Source of the DNA: Nitrosopumilaceae archaeon
GTDB taxonomy: Archaea; Thermoproteota; Nitrososphaeria; Nitrososphaerales; Nitrosopumilaceae
DNA length: 64,000 nt
Direction of reading: 5' to 3'
Assembly: GCA_965203465.1 (NCBI GenBank)
Contig: CBDBCR010000001.1
Location: 480,001-544,000 of the forward strand
Below, piece by piece: positions 28,601 to 37,600 of the stretch. Positions within the stretch are counted from its first letter, which is position 1; the number at the start of each line of letters is the position of its first letter. Position numbers and translations under genes: made by a program. The notes under the pieces are model-generated. The model worked only from the letters and a program-made list of their open reading frames with translations, searched no databases and had not been told where the DNA came from.

Positions 28601-31600
28601 GCATCGCGGCGGCCAACGTATCGCTGGCAAAGGCCGCCGACACAACCGCCCCGACCCTCTCGTCGGCCTCGCTCAACCAGGGGACCGGCGCCTGGACTGT
28701 CGCCTTTTCGGAGATCGTCTCTGCCGGCTCGGCGGTAGGCACCACGATTTACGTCGGCACCAGCACCACGTACAATTCCACAAACGACGTGGCGCTGACC
28801 GTCCCCTCGACCGCGGCCTCGGCCTCGGGCACGCTCTCTACATCGGACATCCAAAAGGTGCTGGCCCTGACGGGCCCCAAAGTGTACGTGGTGGCCAACG
28901 CCGTCCAGGATACGAGCAACAACGGCATCGCGGCGGCCAACGTATCGCTGGCAAAGGCCGCCGACACAACCGCCCCGACCCTCTCGTCGGCCTCGCTCAA
29001 CCAGGGGACCGGCGCCTGGACTGTCGCCTTTTCGGAGATCGTCTCTGCCGGCTCGGCGGTAGGCACCACGATTTACGTCGGCACCAGCACCACGTACAAT
29101 TCCACAAACGACGTGGCGCTGACCGTCCCCTCGACCGCGGCCTCGGCCTCGGGCACGCTCTCTACATCGGACATCCAAAAGGTGCTGGCCCTGACGGGCC
29201 CCAAAGTGTACGTGGTGGCCAACGCCGTCCAGGATACGAGCAACAACGGCATCGCGGCGGCCAACGTATCGCTCGCAAAGGCGGCAGACACCACGGCCCC
29301 GACCCTCTCGTCGGCCTCGCTCAACCAGGGGACCGGCGCCTGGACTGTCGCCTTTTCGGAGATCGTCTCTGCCGGCTCGGCGGTAGGCACCACGATTTAC
29401 GTCGGCACCAGCACCACGTACAATTCCACAAACGACGTGGCGCTGACCGTCCCCTCGACCGCGGCCTCGGCCTCGGGCACGCTCTCTACATCGGACATCC
29501 AAAAGGTGCTGGCCCTGACGGGCCCCAAAGTGTACGTGGTGGCCAACGCCGTCCAGGATACGAGCAACAACGGCATCGCGGCGGCCAACGTATCGCTGGC
29601 AAAGGCCGCCGACACAACCGCCCCGACCCTCTCGTCGGCCTCGCTCAACCAGGGGACCGGCGCCTGGACTGTCGCCTTTTCGGAGATCGTCTCTGCCGGC
29701 TCGGCGGTAGGCACCACGATTTACGTCGGCACCAGCACCACGTACAATTCCACAAACGACGTGGCGCTGACCGTCCCCTCGACCGCAGCTTCTGCCTCGG
29801 GGACTCTGTCGGTGTCGGACATCCAAAAGGTGCTGGCCCTGACGGGCCCCAAAGTGTACGTGGTGGCCAACGCCGTCCAGGATACGAGCAACAACGGCAT
29901 CGCGGCGGCCAACGTATCGCTCGCAAAGGCCGCCGACGCGGACGCCCCGACTCTTTCGTCGGCCTCGCTCAACCAGGGGACCGGCGCCTGGACTGTCGCC
30001 TTTTCGGAGATCGTCTCTGCCGGCTCGGCGGTAGGCACCACGATTTACGTCGGCACCAGCACCACGTACAATTCCACAAACGACGTGGCCCTGACCGTCC
30101 CCTCGACCGCGGCTTCTGCCTCGGGCACGCTCTCTACATCGGACATCCAAAAGGTCATCGCCATGACCGGCCCCAGGGTGTACGTGGTGGCCAACGCCGT
30201 CCAGGACACCTCGAACAACGGCATCGCGGCGGCCAACGTAGCGCTGGCAAAGGCCGCCGACAACACCGCCCCGACCCTCTCGTCTGCCTCCATACACGAG
30301 GGGACGGGCGCCTGGACCGTGACGTTCTCCGAGATCGTCTCTGCCGGCTCGGCCTCTGGAACGGTCATGTACGTCGGGGAGAGCAGCACGTACGACTCTG
30401 ACACGGACGTGGCCCTGACGGTGCCGTCCCTGGCCGCGTCCTCTTCGGGCACGCTAGGCGAGGCAGACCGCCAGAAGGTGATAGCCATGGGCACACCGAG
30501 CGTCTACGTCGTGGCCAACGCCGTAAAGGACACCTCGGACAGGCAGTTTGCCGCGACCGCCGGCGTCGGCGCCTCGATAACGCAGGACACCACCCCGCCG
30601 GCGCTGGACTCGAATACGGTGCCGGACTTGGACGAGGGCACCGGCACACTCACGCTGACCTTCAGCGAGACGGTAAAGGCGGGCGACGGCGACGTGCAGC
30701 AGAACCTGATATACATCAGGGACGGGCCCGGCACCACCGGGGGCGTCTCGCTGAGCAGCGCGACCGTATCCTCGACTGGCAACGGCCTGGTCGTGACGCT
30801 GGAACTGAAAGAGCCGGAGCGGCAGTCCGCCATCGGGTACGCCGATCCGCACGTGCGCTTCGCGCCCGGTGCCGTAAAGGACACCTCGGACCAGGACGTC
30901 GCCGCGGCCACCGTCCGCATCGACGACGATACGACAGACACGATACCGCCACAACTCCTGTCGGCCGCGTTCGACGAGGGCACCGGCATACTGACGCTGA
31001 CCTTCGACGAGACCGTAAAGGCCGGCGACGCGGACGTGGGCCAGGCCAGCATGCACGTGCGCGACGGCGCGGGCCAGTCTTCCGGCGGCACGCAGCTGAC
31101 CGACGCGGAGGTCACCTCGACGGGCAACAGCGTGCGGGTTACCGTAAAGATGGGCGAGGAGCAGCGCCAGGCCGTGATCGGGTATTCGAATCCGCACTTT
31201 TACTTTGGCGCCGGGGCGGTGCAGGACACGTCGGGCACCGCCCTCGGATCCCAGATCTCGGACGCCGACATTTCCGTGACGGCCGATTCGGTCGATCCGG
31301 CCCTGCTGACGGGCCAGACGACGAGGCCCGAGATAAACGAGGGCACCGGCGAGTACACCGTCCGGTTCTCGGAGACCGTCTCTGCGGGCACCGCCTCGGG
31401 CACCTCGGTGTACGTGCGAGACGGCGCCGGCGCATACGATCCGGCCACCGACGTGCGGCTGGCCGTGCCCTCCTCTGCCGTCTCGGTCAGCGGCACGCTG
31501 GGCGAGGCCGACCGGCAGAGGATCGTGGCCATGGCCACCCCGACGGTACACGCCGTGGCCGACGCCGTCCAGGACACGCGCGGCAACGGCAGCGGCGCGG

Positions 31601-34600
31601 CAAGCTCGGCCGCGGCCATAACGCCGGACACCATAAAGCCGGAACTCTCGTCGGCTGCCCTCGACGAGGGCACCGGGGTGCTGAGGCTGACGTTCGGCGA
31701 GACCGTAAAGGCATCAGATTCGGACGTGGTCCAGTCGGGCATACACGTGGCCGACGGCGCCGTGATCGCGGGAGGCACGTCGCTGGACGGGGCGACCGTA
31801 TCCTCGACGGGCAACGGCCCGGTCGTGACAGTGCAGCTTACGGAGGTGCAGCGGCAGGCCGCCATCGGGTACACCAATCCGCACGTGTACCTCGACGCGG
31901 GAGCGGCAAAGGACACCTCGGACCAGACGGTCGCCGCGTCCACCGCGCAGACCGCCGTCCGCGTGGCCGACGAGGCCGACGACGACAAGCCGACCGTCGT
32001 CTCTGCAGAGCTGGACGAGGCAGAGGGCCGGCTCACCGTCGAGTTCAGCGAGACTGTACACGTGACCGGCGTGTCGCCCGAAATGGTCAGCATAACAAAG
32101 AGCGGAGACGCCTCCATGTCGCTGGCGCTGGGCGAAAACCAGAGGTTCGACCTGGTCTTGTCAGACGGCGCCACAAAGTCGGTCCGGTTCATCATGACCG
32201 AGCAGCAGAGGGTGTCCGTATCCGCGCTTGCGCCCCAGACGGTCGTGCTGTCGGCCGGGGCCGTAAACGACACGAGCGACAACGACCTGGACGCCGAGAC
32301 GCTGATCACTCCGGGCAAGCTGACCGTCGTGCAGGACAGCACGCCCCCGTCTGTCAGCTCGGTCAGCATGATCCTCGACGCATCCTCGCCGAGCGCCTCG
32401 GTCAGGTTCACCGAGTCGGTGCGCAACCTGGACACCGCGCAGCTCTCGGTGGCCGAAACGTCGCCGCGGACCGGATCGCAGGCCCTCTCGCGGAGCGCGG
32501 CGCTCCACAACGGCGACAGGCTGGCGGTCATACCGCTCACCGAGGCCGAGCGCACCGCGATCTCGGGCTTTTCGGGGACGCTGCGGCTGGCCGGCGCGTC
32601 CGGCGCCTGGTCGGACGCGGCGGGCAACTCGACTCCGGGCGACTCGGAGGACATCGACATGCGACGCATCGGCCAGGACACGCACGCCCCGGCGCTCTCG
32701 TCGGCGGCGGTGAACCTGTCGGGCCTCACCATGTCCATGACGTTCGGCGAGACCGTCGACGTCTCGGAGTTTCAGCCGGCCAGGATAACCGTGCTGTCCT
32801 CGAACAACAAGTCCGGCACGCTGCTCTCATCGGTCACGTCGACGGAGGACGGGAACACCGTCGTGCTGGGCCTGAGCGGCTCCGAGGCGCTCAGCATATC
32901 GCGGGCCTCGCAGCTTTCGGCTCCGGCGGGGACCGTAAAGGTCTCGTTCGAGTCCGGAGCATGGAAGGACCTTGCGGGCAACCCCAACGCCGGCGGCCAG
33001 CTCGCGGGGGTGCCAGTCTCGGGCTCGTCCTCCGAGACCGTCCGCTTGGTGTACTCTGTCCTGAACGTGGAGGGGCGCCCGTCGCTCGATCTCTACTTTG
33101 ACGGCCAGGTGGACCTGTCTGCGTTCGACGCCTCAAAGATCGACGTAAAGGACGGCAGCGGCGCCAACAAGATGGACATGTCGGGCAGCCCCTTGCCCGA
33201 ATCGACCAACAACTTTTCGCCGTCCGGCGCGATCCCGTCTTCCGCCGCCTCCAAGGTGGTGCTGCCCCTGTCCCTCGCGCAGAAAAAGACGGCAAACGGG
33301 TACTCTAGCGCCACGCTCGACGCCGACCAGGGGGCGTGGACCAGCGTCCACGGCGTGGGCAGCGCGGCGCTCTCCGCGGTATCCGTAGACGGAATAGAAA
33401 AGGACGGCGCCGGCCCCCTGCTGGCCTCGGTCCACATGGCGTACGGCGCCGGCTCGCAGCCCGGCAAGCGGCTCCTGCTGACCTTCGAGGAGCCCGTCGA
33501 CGCCGCCACGTTCACGAAAGTCCACCACGCCGCGCTTTTCCTAGACTCGCTGCTGCTCAAGACGAACCTGTTCCAGTACAACGAGCCGGTGCGCGACAAC
33601 GGCGCGATCGTAAACTACGCCACCCAGGCGGCCGCCGACGCGGTCAGGCCCGGCGACTCTGACTGCGAGACGCGCCGCTACGACGCCAACATGACGACAA
33701 TATTCAGGCGCTTTTGCGTAGAGACGCTGCCAGAAGGACACCTGGGATCCCTGCAACTTAACAACTCATTCTCGGGCGCCCCGTCGCCCTCTAGCGGGTT
33801 CACCAGGACCATTACGATCGGCGTATACAACAACTTCGTCCAAGAGATGATCCGCGATCTGTTCGACCCGGCCACCCTCGGGGGCAACACGTACGATCTG
33901 AGGCCGGGCGCCACCTCGCTCCCACTGCGCCTGTGGGTGCCCAGCAACACCGTCTCGGACGTGGCGGGCAACCCGACGTCGCCGACCAGGGCGTTCACGG
34001 TGCAGAGCTCCAGCACCGACGCGATGCCGGTCTCTGCCTCGCTGGACCTTTCTGCGCCCAGCCTGACGCTGACCTTCGACAGGAAGCTCAGCTCGCTCGA
34101 CCCCTCGAAGATATACGTCGGGGGCCCGGCCAGCACGTCGGCGACGGCGCTGGACGGGGGCACCGCGCTCTCGGGCTCTGTCACCGGGCCGTCGGTAGTC
34201 GCTTCGAGCGCGTCTAGCACCGCCGTGATATCGCTGAGCGCCGCCGAGCTTTCGGCGCTGACCAACATGGTGACGGCCGACGGGTACCCGCGGCTCATCC
34301 ACTCGGACGCGGGGGCTTGGAGCGTGGCCGGCATCGCCAGCCCCAATTTCTTGCGCATGATGCCGGTACCGGTGAGCGCCGCCGCCGCCATGGCGTCGGC
34401 CCCGTCGCTGACTTCGGCATCGCTGGATCTCTCCTCGGAGCCGGCGGCCCTCTCGCTGGCCTTCGACCGGGCCGTCGACGTCTCCGAGTTCCGCACGTAC
34501 CAGCTGCACGTCTCGGCCGACGCGGCCGTCTCGGACGACGACGCGTCGCTCTTTCTGCCCACATCGACGGCCGCCGACGGCGCGGCCGTCTCGGTGCCGC

Positions 34601-37600
34601 TCACCGGCGCGCAAAAGGAGGCGGTGCAGGCGATGAGCGGGAGCCCGGTGCTGCTCTACGAGGCCGGCACGTGGCAGGACGCGCAGGGCAACAGGCTGGC
34701 CTCGGGAGGCTCGCAGGCGCTCTCTATAACGCCGGACGCCTTGAGGCCGTCGCTCTCGCGCTCGGAGCTGGACCGGGGCGCGGGCCTGCTGTCGCTGACC
34801 TTCAGCGAAAAGGTGGGCCTGGGCGGCGGGAGCGCGCTTTTGGTGGCCTCGGCCGGGCAGAGCTCGCAGACCTACACCATTCCGCAGGGCGCCTCGTCGG
34901 TGGCAGAGCCGGGCGCGCAGCATTCGACCCGGATAGACGCCCTTTTGACCGAGGCGCAGCGCTCGGCGATGAACGCGTTCCTTGCCGCGCCCGGCTCTAG
35001 CGTCTCGCTGTCCCTGGAGGCGGGGTACGTCTCGGACGTGACGGGAAATTCGCTGGCCGCCGTCTCTGGGGCAAGCTTGGACACCGACACGCCGGACACG
35101 CAGGTTCCGCTGCTGCTCAGCGCCACTGTCAGCACCGCAGACAAGATGCTCACGCTGGTATTCGACGAGACAGTCGATGCGGGTTCGCTGGACTTGACAA
35201 AGTTCGCGTTCAGCAACATCGGCGAGACCAGCCAGCTGTACCTCGACGATTCGGGCACGCTCGACGACGCGGCCCTGGCGGCCGGCCAGCAGGACAGCCC
35301 GACCTTGGTCGTCGAGCTGACCGACGCGCAGGCCGACTTTGCGGCCTCCCAGCGCGTGCCGCACCTAGATATAGATTCGGGCGCCTACCAGGACACGGCC
35401 GGCAACGCGCTCGCGTCCAACGCGCACGATCTGGACCTGCTGGTGCAGCAGGATACGGTGCCGCCGGTACTGCAGAGCGCCTCGCTCGAGGCGCATTCGG
35501 GCGTGCTAACGCTGGTCTTCGACGACGCCATCGACGCGGCGCCCTCGTACAACGTGGATCTGGCCGCCGTGTACCTGAGCCGGCCCGGCCAGGCAGACGA
35601 GCGCTCGCTGTCGGGCGCCTCTCTGGTCACCTCGACGGACACCGACACGCTCAGCGTAAGGCTCGACGAAAACTCCCGCAGGCAGGCCATAGACTGGGCC
35701 GGACAGGGCGGCGTAGAGGTGGACGTCTCGGCCGGCGCGTTTTCCGACATTTTCCGCAACAGGATAGGAAGCCAGCCGGACACCGGCGTGGCCTACTCTG
35801 CGGACGCCACGCCGCCCGAGCTGGTCTCGGCCTCGCTGGACGGCGTTACCGGCAGGCTGGTCATGACGTTCAGCGAGGCGGTGCGCTCCCCCGACCTGGC
35901 CAAGATTCTGATATCGTCGGACACCGGCACCGGCCTTGCCGGCGGCACCGTCGATACGGCCGGGCCCGGCGCGGCCGTGATCGCCACGCTCTCGGAGCGG
36001 GCGCGCCAGGACATAGCCAAAAAGACCGGCGCGCTGGACATCGAGCTGCAAAGCGGCGCCGTGGCAGACTATGCGGGCGTGCCCGTCGGCGCCCGCGCAA
36101 AGAACCTGGCCTCGCCGCTGCTGGCGTTCTCGCCCGACGCGTCTGCCCCGGCGCTGGAGCTGGCCGTGCTGAACCTGGGCTCGGCCGAGCTGGCATTGAC
36201 GTTCTCCGAGCCGGTCTGGCGGACCGACCTCTCAAAGATAACGGTGTCAGGCCAGGGCGGCAGCCACGCGATGACCGGAGCCAGCGTCGGGCGGCCCGCG
36301 CTCGATTCCGAGACCGTCACGATATCGGACATACCGGAGGCGACCGTCTCGGCGCTGGTGCAGCTCTCCGGCCTGTCGCTCGACCTGGGTTCGGGGGCCG
36401 TATACGATTCCTCCAACAACCCCGTCGCGGCCGCCCAGGGGCTGAGCCTGCGCACCTCGGCCGATTCCACCGCGCCGGTCCCGCAGTCGGCCTCCTTCGA
36501 CGAGGAATCCGGCGTGCTGACCGTATCGTTCGACGAGTCGGTCCGCAACCCCGACGCGTCCATGATCTCCATGTCCGTCTCCCTGCAGGGGGCGCAGGCC
36601 TCCGCGTCGGGCAGCGACGTGACAGTCTCGCTGACCGAGCAGCAGCGCCTGCGCGAGGTGGCCGCCATCGGGGGATCTTCCTCGGTGCGCGTATCCTTGC
36701 AGGCCGGCGCCGTGCTGAACCTTTCCGCTATTTCGGTCGAGGCCTCGTCGATCGACGCGGCCGTGTCCAAGGACTCTACGCCCCCGTCGCTCGTCTCGCA
36801 GTCGCTGGATCTAAACGACGGCGCCCTCGTGCTGCGGTTCAGCGAGACCGTGATCGTATCGAGGCTGTCGGGGATCTCGGCCGGCGGGCAGAGCCTCGGC
36901 TCTGCCAACCTCTCCGGGGACCGCACGGCCGAGCTGACCGTCTCGCTTCCCGAAAGCGCGCGCCAGGCCCTCATAGGGCAGAGCTCGCCGTCCGTCTCTA
37001 TAGAGGCGGGCGCCGTCTCGGACGCCTCGGGCAACGCCCCCGCGCTGAGCGGCGCGCTGTCCGTCGCGCCCGACACCACGGCGCCGGAGGTGCTCCGGGT
37101 CGGCGTCAACCTCAACACCGGCCTGGTGCGCATAGTGCTCGACGAGTGGGTTCAAAGTTCTGGAATAGACGCGTCGCTCATGGCCGTGCGCGGCGGCGGC
37201 GCGCAGGTCACGCTGGGCGGCTCGGCCTCGGCGGCGCAGGACACCGTGCGGCTGCAGCTCTCCCCCGAGGACCTGGCCACGGTGGCATCGGTGCAGACGA
37301 GCACGCTCGACTTTGTGATCGCCGGCGGGGCCGGCATCGCCGACACGGCCGGCAACGCGCTGGCCGACACGACCCGGATACTGCGCATCGACGATCCGGT
37401 GCCGCCGCAGCTCGTATCTGCCCGCATAACGGGGCCGTCGAGCATACTGCTGGAGTTCAGCGAGGACCTGATGGATTCGTCGGTATCGACGTCGGCGTTC
37501 CGGGTGGGCCAGCTTGCTATAACGTCGGCCGTAGAGACGTCGGGCGGCGCGGTGCTGCTGACAGTGCAGGACTTGCCGGAGGGCCAGCCGCAGCAGGTCA

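Noticed and set aside
28327-30270. Tandem repeats as a CRISPR array, or the 106-aa antisense ORFs as real genes
   Set aside because: Units are 324 bp, in frame and without unique spacers; the antisense ORFs simply mirror the coding repeats.
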